A DNA stretch of 63,960 bases, filler included, from Xylographa opegraphella (taxonomy: Eukaryota): assembly GCA_022813865.1 (NCBI GenBank). It is 7 parts of 7 records of this genome, joined end to end, with 100 filler letters (N's around TTAATTAATTAA, not from the genome) between each part and the next. Parts side by side here need not be neighbours in the genome. Positions count along the whole stretch, not along the records: positions 20,128 to 29,984 come from JALDZX010000179.1; positions 30,085 to 39,754 come from JALDZX010000180.1; 5 more parts are not named here. One strand, 5' to 3'. Within the stretch, counting starts at the first letter, position 1. Each line of letters begins with the position of its first letter. Below, piece by piece: positions 24,922 through 37,701 of this stretch. The position numbers and the translations under genes are program-made. Below the pieces are notes generated by a model. That model saw only the letters and a list, made by a program, of their open reading frames with translations, had not been told where the DNA came from and did no database searches.

Positions 24922-26105
24922 ATGTTCCTTAGGTTTAAGACTACGAAGCTCACTTCCTATTCGAAGGCCCTCTTCCGCACTCCTCTGCCCGGCTTTGCGA
25001 GACCTCAGGCTTCATCCGCCAGAAGATACGTCACTATGACTTCTCCCACCGTGAAGCTCAACAGCGGTCATCAGATGCCCCTGGTAGGCTTTGGGCTGTG
25101 GAAAGTCAACAACGACACTTGCGCAGATACCGTTTACAATGCCATCAAAACAGGCTACCGTCTTTTTGATGGCGCATGTGATTACGGCAACGAAGTGGAG
25201 GCCGGGCAAGGAGTCGCCCGTGCCATCAAAGAGTTGACGACCTTTCGATGTTTGCGACACTGGATTGTGCTGACATTGTACTCAGGAAACTAGTTTCGCG
25301 AGATGAGCTTTTCATCGTCTCCAAGCTCTGGAACAGCTTTCACGACCATGACCGTGTTGAGCCTATATGTCAGAAGCAACTGAACGACTGGGGAATCGAT
25401 CATTTCGACCTTTATATCGTTCATTTCCCAATTTCCCTCAAATACGTCGATCCGTCGGAACGTTATCCACCCGGCTTCACCTTTGACGGAAAGAAGGTCG
25501 TCCCGGGTAACGCCACTATACAGGAGACCTGGACTGCCATGGAGAATCTGGTTGGAAGGGGTTTGACGAAGAGCATCGGAATCAGCAATTTCAACGGGCA
25601 ACTGATAATGGATGTCCTGCGCTATGCTAAGATAGTTCCTGCAACATTGCAAATTGAGCACCATCCGTACCTGACCCAAGAAGGGCTCGTCAAGTTGGCT
25701 CAGGCTAACAATATGGCCGTCACCGCTTATTCGTCGTTCGGACCACAATCTTTCCTTGAGCTGGAAATGCAGCGCGCTAAAGACACTCCTCTCCTATTCG
25801 ACAATAAGACCATCAAAGGCATAGCGGAAAAGCACGGCAAGAGTCCTGCACAGGTCCTGCTACGGTGGGCGACACAGAGGAACATTGCTGTGATACCTAA
25901 AAGCAATAATCAAAATCGCTTACAACAGAATCTTGATGTTACAAGCTTTAACATGACCAAGAGTGAGTTGGAAGCTATCAGTGGACTAAACCAGCACCTA
26001 AGATTTAATGATCCGTTGAATGTAAACACTCCTGTCTTGCAATGAAAGCTGTTATGCTAATGATATGCCCTCCAGTATGGTGTCGACCAGCCGATTTATG
26101 TCTAA
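24922..26105 (+). CDS. XYL1: NAD(P)H-dependent D-xylose reductase (aldo-keto reductase family 2B); 3 exons; conserved start ATG at 25036
   Basis: [63 protein letters not shown]. Confidence 0.95.
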
Positions 26106-26955
26106 ACTCGACCGTTTGCGGAGGGGATTTCTATGAGGATTGTGACAACATTGAAGTATAACCGAAAGAATCCATAATCTGAACTAGTATCCCAGGGCGT
26201 GAAGCATGTATCGAAGGGACGTTGGCTCTCTTGAATACTTCCTCCCCGGCCGTCGAATTCCTCGGACTGCTTTCTGGCAGAAGTTACAGAAAAACCTGCT
26301 GGACCAGCAGCACAAGCTTACGTCGAGACTCGTTCACTTGCATAGAGAATCCTTGTGTAAACATGATTTCATCACGGTATAGTAAGTAGCCAGCATCAAG
26401 ATACAAGGATTATAAACAATACCCTGTTATTTTTGGACGTACCAATGTGGCAAACATAACATCGATGGATAATGTAGTCATGTAAACAGCTGAAGATGAC
26501 CCGAGCTCCTGGGATTTATTGGTGGTGGACTAGAAGTTTTATCGGCTCTGCATAGGATATTTTATACATAAGCTTAACTGAGAGCAACATCATCTAGCAC
26601 GACTTAAACCATATCATTGTTGTACGATGAACAAATAATGCTTGCCAGTTTCAACCTTCCAAGCGACCAATATCGCAGGGGTATCTGCTACTAGCTAAAA
26701 GCATTCATTGTTATCTTTAAGAGGATAGAAATTACCTACCATACTTTTCCCCTTGGCCCCTACGAGCATTCGGAGGGTGTAGTCGTGGCATAGGAGAATT
26801 CCAACACATTTAGCACTCAACCTGACACGGAGAGCAACCAAACGCAAAAAAAACTGCTCCAGAGATCCAAATGTTGACGTTTCCCCGGGCTCTACTACCA
26901 GCAACAATACTGTTAAAGATCCTCGAAGCCGGATCGCCTCTCTCTAGTACGACTT

Positions 26956-28371
26956 TTAAGGGTCAAACTCGGCTTGCAAGACTTGCACAAATGCTTTGGA
27001 AATGGTCAGCATTTGGCACTTAATACCTGTACTAACAATATTCAGCTCACTTGCATCTATCTGCTTCACCTGAGGAAGCGCCAAACGAATTTTGTTCCTA
27101 TATAGTACAGGATTCCGCAATTGCAGTGGGTTCCCCTCGAAGTAAACTGTGGTCAGCTCTTGCTTATCTGCAAGCTCTTCCTCGACTTCTATGAACGAAG
27201 CAAGCTGGTTGTTGGAGGCCCAAAGCTCCTCCAAGCTGCTGAGGTGCTGCATGTTGGTTAGGTTTGGGATCATGTTATTCGAGATGTCGAGGACCCGCAG
27301 GAAGTGAACGTTTTCGAGGCCTGTTATCGACCTTAAGGAATTGTGGGAGATGTAGAGTTCGGTCAGAGACGGGAGCGAGGAGAGACCAGTTATCTGCGAG
27401 ATGCGGTTGGATTGGAGGGATAGGATTTTGAGATTGCTGAGCGTGGAAAGATTCTGTCTGAATATGAGCAAGAGTTTCCTTGTAGAGATGAATAGAGATG
27501 CTACTTTGAGTTCAGTGATTTTGTTCTTTCCGAGCCACAACTCTTCCAGACCTTTCAGAGTTTCAAGGTTTTCGATTTCCTGCAAAACTGTTGGTCTTTC
27601 GTCATCTCAGTTCCACACAGAGCACGTACGGTGATTCGGTTCGCAGCTAGCTCGAGGTTCCGAATCTTTGACAGCCCGTCCAATCCTTCAATTTTCTGAA
27701 TCTTATTTTGTACGAGGTAGAGGTCAGTCAACTCTTGTAAATGACCAATGTTTTTAATATGCTTGATCTTGTTGAAGCTCAGATCAAGACTTTTCAGCCT
27801 CACGAGAGGATCAAGCCCCCTAATATATGAAACCAGGTTGTCGTACAAATCTAATTCAAGGAGCGTTGTTCCAATTGATTCGGCGAGTTCAATATGCGTA
27901 ATCAGATTTTGACGGAGACACAATCTCTGTAAATTCCGTCAGTACCTTGTACGTCATAACAATTCGCAGGATCCTGCCTCGAGCTTGGTAAACCGCTCTA
28001 GCTCTAATTTAGGTAATGAGGCAATGCGGCAATGAACGAGATCAATATCCTGTGAAGTAGACCATTAGTCGGTATAACTCATACGATAAGTCTGTAACGG
28101 TCCAAATTAGCCATACCTCTGTATCAACATCGTATATATCCAGCAGATCTATGTACACGTCTTAGCAACGAGAGGAGAACGTCGTTACGTCAAACATGCC
28201 TTCATCGGCGTCTGTCTGTTCTACGGGGATATCCTGATCAGAATGTTCCTGATGAGAGAGGGTGTGCGGTTGAGCTAGTACAGCTCTCTTCGTCGCTCGT
28301 AATTTTCCGTCCCAGCCGACGCTATCTGTGGGACCATATTGGTTGGCGACAATTGCATCTGGTGGCATCAT
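26956..28371 (-). CDS. SDS22: Protein phosphatase 1 regulatory subunit Sds22 (leucine-rich repeat), multi-exon
   Basis: GWDGKLR N-terminus; LRRs LDLYDNL, LDLSFNKIKHIKN, LEELWLGKNKI, TVYFEGNPLQ...YRNKIRLALPQVKQIDA. Confidence 0.93.
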
Positions 28372-28974
28372 ATTGTTGCCAGATATCTGCGAGCATAAGG
28401 AAGTCCCCTGAGCTAATTACCTCTATACACGTGCTTCCATGAATATTCGAGATTCGGAGTTTCGGAGGAAATATCACGATCAAGACTCCACAGGTCAAAT
28501 TTACCGTACTTTTGCCAGGGCCTGACCTTTATTTAACCTCGAGTTGAACAACTGTTCTTTAAAAATAGTACTTATCGGTGGTTCGAGTCACAAGATTTTT
28601 CTCGCGTAACGTTGTATAAACCCCGACTCGATTTACATTTCCACCAAATTTTGCCGTAAATACGATTCGAGGCTGCGAGGCGCACCTCGCCTAGGGAAAG
28701 TTTACAGTTTACAGTTTATATTAATATTAATTAAAAGATTTATACATTTTTACGAGTCTATTTTTTATGTGATTCGCATTATAAAAAACGTTTAAAATCG
28801 AGCGTAATTTCTCGCTTTTTATCGCTGTTTCGCATATTCTTTACGGTTATATAAATATTATAAATATAATTTATTAACTTTATCACATCGTTGTATATAA
28901 AAGTAATTTATGAATATTTTTTTATTTTTTAGTAATTTTTATTGTTTTTGAATATTTTCAACAAGTTCGTATTA

Positions 28975-29281
28975 AATATTATTACTGCGTTACAATAATA
29001 ATAAAACGATGAATTATATTTTTACGCGATATTCGACGTTAATAATTATTTTTACGATAACGTAATAATGAAATTAATTTAATTTAACAAAATATATTAT
29101 TATAAAACCCGCCGGTCTACGAATAAAAAAAATTATTTATTAAAATTATTCAATTTTTATTTTATTATACTTGTGAATGAGATCTGAAATATAACGCCTG
29201 CGATATAATTACATAAATGAAATACATTTATATGAATATAATTATATTTCTAAAACAATAAATTTATTAAGCGGCGAAATA
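28975..29281. repeat. RIP-degraded dispersed repeat homologous to about 51672-51985
   Basis: Collinear blocks 'tattcgacgttaataattatttt..cgataacgtaataat', 'cgcctgcg.tataattac', 'gcggcg.aata'. Confidence 0.75.
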
Positions 29282-29512
29282 TGTTACGGCTCGCTATCTC
29301 ATCAGAAAAGCAGGCTTAAACCCACAGCTATAGGTGAGCGATTTCAACCTAGAATAATATAAGGAAGCAAGTTTAATAATACACGTAAAAGTTAAAATAA
29401 ACAGTGTAAACACCAAGACTTTTAATCGCTTTTGAACTAGCCTGAGTCCCGGACGCGCTTTAGTCCCGTTCCGTCTATCACTTGTTAAGGTGCCATGTAA
29501 CACGCCGTTACA
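29282..29512 (-). mobile_element. LTR family B copy
   Basis: Reverse complement of 16810-17040 with mostly transition differences. Confidence 0.88.
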
Positions 29513-30794
29513 CCTGTATTGCAAAATAGAAAGTGAGTCGAAATTCGCCTTTGATTAATTATCAAGTTCGCTGTAAATGCCTTAAAAATCGTTTCGAATT
29601 TCGATTATTATATTCGATCAAAGGGACTGCGCGCTGTATTGTTTTAATATATAAACCCAGTTTTTTTCAATAAAATCGAAGTATTTTAAATAAATAAAGA
29701 CTTTACCTCCTGCTTTTGTATTCAGTAATATTGTTATATTCGCAGCCAGTTCGTTGGTCGTCAGCTTGCAGTGAATGCTAAATGTCGAACCTTTTAAAAT
29801 ATCGAATATTTTCAGTTTATTAATTATTGCTCCTTTGATAAACTTTAATGCTAAAACTTCGTTTAAAATAACTTGTTTTTTAAATTTGAATCGATTTGCT
29901 CGTGTTTCGAATCGGCGTCTTTTGTGTTACGATCCTGCCTCTCACTAGTATAGTTCGATTAGGGATCTGGGTTGGATTCGTCGANNNNNNNNNNNNNNNN
30001 NNNNNNNNNNNNNNNNNNNNNNNNNNNNTTAATTAATTAANNNNNNNNNNNNNNNNNNNNNNNNNNNNNNNNNNNNNNNNNNNNAGGCATCCGGATTATA
30101 GTTCCTCCAATCCCTGTTCCACACAGTACTGGTCAGAACCTTAACACACGATCAACTATTATCAGCTAATCTTTAGCGAGGCGATAAGGGAGTCACAGTG
30201 GGTGTGTCCCTGTATATTAATGGCCCGTCCCTTAAAATACCGTCCAGCGGCTTCGCTCCATCCATGGTTGAATAACCTGAATTACACTAGTGGATTCTAA
30301 GGACTTATGTTGTGTGGCTTCGTACAATCTGCATTATTAATGGCCGAACTTCGATTTGAACCCCTTTTATTTTAATAGCAGTTACGCTGCAATTGAATAA
30401 GGAGATTCAGCGTAAAAAAACCTTTCGTAAAATATACAGCGTTGTAAAAAGCCTAAACCCCCTAGAGCTAAACTTAAACAGAAAATCAAGTACTAATCGA
30501 AGCGGAAATACTGCAAGTTCACTAGCGCCAGGACTCCGATTTGAACCCCCATTTTTAATAGCAGCTACGCTGTAATCATTCGATTGTTCAGAACCTATCA
30601 CGTTTGTATGAGCGGTATTTCCGTATTATAATAATCCTTTATACAGCAGGCAATTTTCAGCCATTTCTATCGCAGAGGGCATCACTTTGACGGGTCTCAT
30701 AAAGTAGTAGTCCAATACGCATGTTTCATACAAAAAAGAATTCGCTGACACCACTGACAACAAAGTACGTCGGTCTTCCCAATTAAAGGAGTTG

Positions 30795-32763
30795 TCAACG
30801 TAGACATAACTCGATCCACGTTTCTTCCTGCCGTTCTATACCAGCGACGGTCTCTCCGTTCATGATGCCATGAACATAGGCGAAGCCCCTGAGAAAGTAG
30901 CAACATTGGTCCATCTGGCATATTTCACACCGCTCATCTATCGCCCGGAGGACAAAAGGCGTTTTGGCACCTGCGAGAACACAAACCACATCCTCTTCTT
31001 CCATCTGAACAGGGCCCATACCCATATAGCCGTCTTCTGTTAGGAAGAACCACCGGGTCGCCGGGTACTGCTTGAGCACTTCGTTGTGCCTTCGTATGTT
31101 CGCATTTCTGGATCCAACCTCCAGGAAGGCCTTACGGTGTCTCAGTTCCTTCTCCGCGTACCGCTCCAGCCATGCTCGCCATGTTTTGTACTTATCGAGA
31201 TCACTCTCTTGCAGCTGTCTGGTTCGACCAGCATTGAGACCCATTAGCACAGTCTGGCAGAAAGCCACGCTGCGGCTTCCCCCCGCAGGATATGGCAACT
31301 CCCCATCGCTCGGTATCTTGGCCATGTCTTCCCAGCTACGAAGACGCAGATAAGCTTCCCACAGTTCGCTGTCATTGTTGTCACCGTATGGCTCAGAATC
31401 GACACGAGTAACCGTGTTAAAAATGAGGCCTTGCAGTTTGAGTGTACGGACTGAGCAACGCTGCACGGAAGATGTGGTGCTGCCGGCTGCTTTATACAAG
31501 TCGTATATTTCTATTCCTCCAACACTGTTCGTAGTCCAGTCTGGGCACCACGAAGGGACATCGACATTACCTGCCAACTCATCTATATCCATTAGTATAG
31601 AGAGGTCATTTGAGTGGTCCATTATTCTGGAAGCGGTCTCTTCATAGACCTCTGACGGAGAAAGAGCATAATCAGGCATTACCAGCCTTTCATTGGGCTT
31701 TAGTAATCCGAGAAGGGCATACACTTTGTCTCGAGGGTCAGTTCCCAATCTATTGTAGAACAACCTTAAGGCCATGTGCAAGGTTGAATTCTCCCGAGTC
31801 CCAATTTGAAGCGCTAGAATATTCGCCCAGCAGCCTCTATAGTTCAAGAAGTAATCGCCTCCGCGACCGTCCATAAATGGATGAGTGATGTTTGAACAGC
31901 ACACCATATGCTCTTGGACTACTCTTGCAGCTTTAACAAACCAATCCCACGGGGCAGTACGACTGCCGATTTGGATGATAGCCTGTTTGGCGAGCGCGAC
32001 TTCCTGAACGAACCCATACTCTTTGGAACCAAGATCGACTCAGTAAATGTACCACTGGCTTAATCCTATCTAGCAACTGGCTTTGCGACTGCTCTGCGGA
32101 ATAGAGCTCAGAAAGATGAATGTTGGCGGTGAGGGCATGGATCTCGTCCAAGCCTCTGTCACTGTCTTCCGTAGGAAGGCCAAGCCAGATAACAACTTGA
32201 GATGCTTTTTTGTAAATCGAGTCCATTCGCCGCACTTGGGCATTACGGTCGGCAATATTACCTTGATTTATACATAAATAGTCAATCCACAAGGTACGCG
32301 TTCTGATTTCGTAGCGCAGATGGCGTAATGCAACTTCGAGGTTTGGTTTCACTCCTATTCTGAAGCCATTGACGATAATGTTCTTCTCGTTACTCTGTTT
32401 GCCGGAAGTGTTGGGTTCAGAGGTAGACAATCCTCCTTGTGTGGAGCCAGCTTGGCAGACAGATGCAGATACTACTTCCTCAGCATTTGGCTCGTCGGAG
32501 TCCTCGACGTCCTCCCATGCAGTCTCACTCTCCCATTCTGCACCTAAAGGTCCAGAATTGTCGCTTTCTTCCCAGGTGTAGGATAGAGCCTCATAATCGC
32601 TGCCATCGAGATCACCTTTGACTAACGAACAGACGATATCCTGATCGAAACCACCTGGCTCTAATAATAGAAGACGAACTTCTTGCGAATCTGCAGGTAG
32701 CTGCGGTTGATCTCGATATAGAAAACCATAGCTCCTAGAAGCTTCATCTGGACTGGAAGCCAT
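30795..32763 (-). pseudogene. Heterokaryon incompatibility (HET domain, het-6-like) gene with +1 frameshift
   Basis: VRLLLLEPG, YEALSYTW, NLEVALRHLR, LWIDYLCINQ, QVRRMDSIYKKASQVVIWLG, WFQRVW then frameshift to VQEVALA; TDPRDKVYALLGL, PSWCPDW, GYMGMGP, GFAYVHGIMNGE. Confidence 0.85.
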
Positions 32764-33688
32764 GAACTGCGTGAAATTGGTAAATTTAGTATGGGACTGA
32801 TACGATATATACTAATAGACACGCATAGCTATCCTGCAGATGAATGTTGAATATTGGTGTTCGTCGGAGACCTTCCGATAAACTGATACAGCCTGCCTAC
32901 CTATCTCAGCATTAAACTGGAAGATGCTGTATGAGCGCAATGAAACGTCCGTATCCAGAGGATTGGCGGCAATAGTTCAAATCATTTAGGGTAGCTCCTC
33001 AACTAGCCGTAAGCCACATTGTACAATGAAATTGTTACTGAATTGTAGAGACTGGCATTTCTCCAATCGAGTCAGTATCAAAAACCAATCAGCCTCAGGC
33101 CTGTTTGTCACGGTGGGACCCTCTAGCGCAATCTCATATTTCGAAATCTAAGAACTGTCGAGACCAATGGTATTGCGTGAGCGACAATGGCACACAACGT
33201 ATTTGCCGACGAGTCAGAACCCTACGGGAAGAGTTGCTTGAATATTGTAAGGTGTGAGAATGTAATCATTACGTTCGGCCCATTCAGACATCACACCGAG
33301 GGCGTCCGTTTAGACTAGCTAATAGCCATTTGAACTTTCGACAATTCAATTCTAAGGTTCAATTTTATACGTGGGATTAACGACCACTGGCTGAAGGAGG
33401 TGCTATTTATTCATTGACCCATGGCTTCAACAGCGGGTTCTTATGTTCCGAAATCAAGTAGCTATTATTCATATAGTGTATCGTTACAGCACCCTTTCAG
33501 ATATACGAAAAAATCATTTCAAAGATCTACTTATATGACGGAACAAGTTGTGCCAAAATCATTCTGACTGAGCTAAGCCGTATACGGCTAGAAGCAGACT
33601 TCATGCCAAGACTTCATATCGCACTTTTTGATCCGGTGCAACGACTCTAGACCTCGTTATTCAAGTTTGTGGTTCAGAGAAGCCCGAT

Positions 33689-34763
33689 ATGGTGAGTACT
33701 GCTTGATACCAATCACGTAAGATATAAAGACTAACGTGTCATAGCCTCAGAACGAGTGAGGATTCCGTGCCTCTTCTGACCGGCCCTATTGCTAACCGCC
33801 TAGGTACATCGAGCGGTGGCAGAAGCAACACGGCAAGAGGTGAATATCCCGAAACAGCCCATCAGACGCACACACTCTTCTGACCACCCACAGGTTCGAC
33901 CACGAAGAGCGGAAGCGGAAGCGCATCGCGCGCGAAGGCCACAAGCAGTCCCAAGATGCGCAGAAACTCACGGGCCTGCGGGCGAAGCTGTACCAGAAGA
34001 AGCGGCACGCGGAGAAGATCCAGATGAAGAAGCAGATCCGGGCGTACGAGGAGCGGGACGTCAAGTCGGCGGCGCCGAACGAGCCGTCGGCCAACCCGCT
34101 GCCGCAGTACCTGCTCGACCGCGCGCAGGCGACGAACGCCAAGGCGCTGTCGAGCGCGATCAAGAACAAGAGGGCGGAGAAGGCGGCGAAGTTCAGCGTG
34201 CCGCTGCCGCGGGTGAGGGGCATCGCGGAGGAGGAGATGTTCAAGGTGGTGAAGACGGGGAAGAAGACGGCGAAGAAGGGGTGGAAGCGGATGATCACGA
34301 AGCCGACGTTCGGTACGCCTGCGTGCATCCGATAAAAGGCATCAACGCCAGCAAATGGGCACGTGGCTGACACCGGAGACAGTGGGCCCCGATTTCACGC
34401 GGAGGCCGGTGAAGTACGAACGATTCATCCGGCCGATGGGACTGCGGTACAAGAAGGCCAACGTCACCCATCCCGAGCTGGGCGTCACGGTGCAATTGCC
34501 CATCATCTCCGTCAAGAAGAACCCGCAGAACCCGATGTACACGCAACTGGGCGTGCTGACCAAGGGCACCATCATCGAGGTCAACGTGAGCGAGCTCGGC
34601 CTCGTGACCGCGGGCGGGAAAGTGGTCTGGGGCCGCTGGGCGCAGATCACGAACAATTGCGAGAACGACGGATGCGTCAACGCGTAAGCTCTGCACCCGT
34701 TCCCAAAATATTTTCTGCTGGTTGTGCTAACCGGGTCGTGCTGGCAGGGTGTTGCTGGTTTGA
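33689..34763 (+). CDS. NSA2: Ribosome biogenesis protein Nsa2 (multi-exon)
   Basis: [27 protein letters not shown]...[20 protein letters not shown]...[14 protein letters not shown]...NDGCVNA|VLLV*. Confidence 0.96.
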
Positions 34764-35308
34764 AAATAAGGGGGGGGGGTTGGTCTACGAGCAATATGCA
34801 TTCGATGGCGTTGGTGCGCGGTATATCATACCCTACCTTTTTTTTCCAATGGATGTCTATATGCACAACTTCCATAGCTTGTGTCACTTGCTTTCGCTCC
34901 GGTCATGATCCTTGCCACTACGCACCAAGTGATATCAGGTTTGAGTTCCGCACGTGTGATGGCCTCCGCGTACTATTCGAGGTCTGTGCTTGTAAGTACA
35001 GAAGACTCGGGCTACAACATCATGCAGAGGCCTTGTCGGACAGTTCGCTCCTTATTTCCGATGAGCACAACCGATAAGGCCACCAGATCACGAACGAGGC
35101 AAACGAGCGGTTAGCAGTAGTAGCGTAGTCCAGATAGCGTAAGGTATCCATGGGTTTCTACAATGCCATTTACATTCGTACAGAGCGCGACACCCCTTAC
35201 CCCAGCTCGTGCCACCCCCGTCCCAATCCGGTCACAAGCGACCTCTTCCCTCTCCTCCTCCACCACCTCGCTCACCCATTATTATTATTGAAAGCATCGC
35301 AGCTTCCC

Positions 35309-35824
35309 TCACGGTCCCATGGCCTCCGCCTTCGCAGCGCCTCCCTCCTCCACCATGCCCTCGCAGCCGACGCCCTTGCCGACCATCTCCTCCACCTTCC
35401 CGACGGTCGGGTTCTGGGTCTGGCTGCCACTGGCCTCCTTCGCCGCGCGCATCTCGTCCACGGCGGCGGCCTTGTCGTCCTGGCCGGCGGTCTGCCACGG
35501 GGCCGAGCCGGAGAGGTTGCCGATGGTTTCCTGTCAGGAGCGAACGGCAGTTGTTAGCGCGTATGCAAGGGGGGCGTTGGGTAAAGAGCGTTGGGTTGAC
35601 TAGGGGTAGGTGATGGGTTTCCCCGATTGATTTGATATGATAAGATTATGGGGGGCGGTGGATCAGATAATGGGATTCTGAGCCTTACCTTGGCGGCGCC
35701 GGCAACGTAAGCGGCGTGCTTGGGATGTGGTTAGTGGGTATGATGTCATGAGGAAAGGGGGGGCGGAACGAACGCCGTGGAGCATGGATGCGGAGCTGGT
35801 CTCGTCGGTGGTGTTGGTGGACAT
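35309..35824 (-). CDS. Small conserved fungal hydrophilic protein (about 100 aa, 3 exons)
   Basis: MSTNTTDETSSASMLHG|HAAYVAGAAK|ETIGNLSGSAPWQTAGQDDKAAAVDEMRAAKE...GKGVGCEGMVEEG; GT-AG introns. Confidence 0.7.
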
Positions 35825-36737
35825 GGTGGATTGATTTCTATGTATTGGCCTGGTCGGTGGAATTGGGGTGAGGTGAGGTAGTGGGTTGCGTGGTTCTAGT
35901 TGTGAGGATGGGTTGGGTTGTTGAATATCGAAGAGATGTATGCAGCGGTTAGAGGAGGAGTCTTTCCATTTTGTCGATGACGCTAATGACGTCGACACTT
36001 CGAGGGTTTTGGGTTGGAGCTGTGGCTGTTCTGTGGGGTTGGGAACGACACACTTTCAATTGTTTACTCAAGCCACAGTCCGAAGGTTTTGCCGCTGAAG
36101 GCTGATGATCTGTGCTTCAGAGGGTTTCACCGGCTGCCGGGGAAGGCAGAGCAGGGTACGAAGATATGCCCAACGGCGATTGGCAGATACGGGTTCTCTT
36201 CGATCCTTTCGGGCATCGAAAAGAATACCCTTCGGCGTTCGACAAGTGAAGAGAGCATAAGAATTTAGTCTCCGCTTACGGAGCTACGTGAGCTTGTGCT
36301 TTGAAATCGAACGTCAATGGAAGCACGGTCTCACTATGACTGAACTAGAGTCTCTCATATGGAAGACGCGCAAGCATGCAATGAGCTGTGCAACGTAAAA
36401 CGCTTACATGAGCGCAAAAGTCTTACGGTTCTCGTGGACGAAAGTCAAGAAACCGGGCCAATCAGCTCCGGGTGGCGATGATCCAGCGATGCACATTGCG
36501 TGGAGGTCAACGGTGAGACCCCACTCTCGACTGTTCCCCAGAGTGCTGGTGCACCGTAAACCGGCGAGGAGGATCCCCTTCCACCTATGGAAATTGTTCC
36601 ATATAAGAGTCGCGGTTGTGGAACAACAAGTCGTGCTGCGCGGTATCCACCGCTTGGAAATAGTGATTCAACGATTGGACGGCGGCAATCTGAACACGAG
36701 AGCTGTCGGGCCGTGCAAGGTGGAGACCCTGTGAAGC

Positions 36738-37050
36738 TCATGCACGGTGAGATGCCGGCTTTCCCAGTCGACACATCAGAATATTGAATCTCTGCATGGA
36801 AAACATGATGCAAATATTCGAGGAAATGAATGTGAAGCTGAGCGCATGGGTGGTGTTGTGCGAGAGATGGGTAGGTAGGTAGAGTACTTCCCGGTGTGAG
36901 AGGCCGCGATGATTAGATAAGATTGAGGTACTGCGTAGTGGCGGTGGGTACCTTGGATTAGGGAAATAAGAGGGCAAGCATACCAGGTCCCACTCCACGA
37001 GCGTCACCTTTAGCTCGTTCGGTAAATCCATAAGTGCAATAAGTATCATC
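36738..37050 (-). pseudogene. Possible F-box-like gene fragment
   Basis: LMDLPNELKVTLVEW resembles an F-box start; no coherent downstream ORF. Confidence 0.2.
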
Positions 37051-37701
37051 GTACTAATAGTTAGCAAGAATAATCCGTGCGAATCAGAGCGTTCATAGCT
37101 GGACTTTGGCGGAAAGTCCGCCGCGGCTCATCCGCTTACATCCGCTGCGAACACACCTCCGATGTAGGCGGAGGCAGCTAAGATGCGGTAGCCAGGTCAG
37201 CTCGTTACCTTTAAGGTAGGCTTTTCTCATCTCATCGTCATGCCTGCGTATGCAGCTCCTCGTCCTGACCCCAGCCTGCCTCTTTTGCCACTGCCGTCTC
37301 TTTACACTTTTGGCCGAACTGCAAGCACCCCCGGCCATTTGAGTGCGAAAGTGCCAATCACGGGGGAGCAGTTCTCGATGCAAGGGTGCTCATTGGCACC
37401 GTCCACATGGGTACAGCTGCTGTTTTTCCCCTTCGGGAGCCGGCTGATCCTGCACTTGCGGAGCTTCTGTGGACATGCTGCTCTTGCTGAACCCCGAAGG
37501 TACGATGAGGTCAATTTCTCGACCGCCGGAGCTCCGCCTTTGCCGTTGCCGTCTGGAGCAGTGAAAATGTTTCACTGGCACGCATTTCACATTTCGTCAT
37601 GTTCTACTGCCACTCCGTCGTATAAATCACTTCTCCCCCCTTCCCCCTTCCCCGTGGCTCCTCAGTGATTTGCAGCCGTGATATACCACACTCCCTCAAG
37701 A

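Noticed and set aside
29925..30146. One solo LTR spanning the linker
   Set aside because: Flanks (TTTTG / CACGA) form no TSD and the two halves belong to different contigs.
33792..34908. Long antisense/alternate-frame ORFs over NSA2 (and over rds1)
   Set aside because: By-products of high GC3 codon bias in the true genes.
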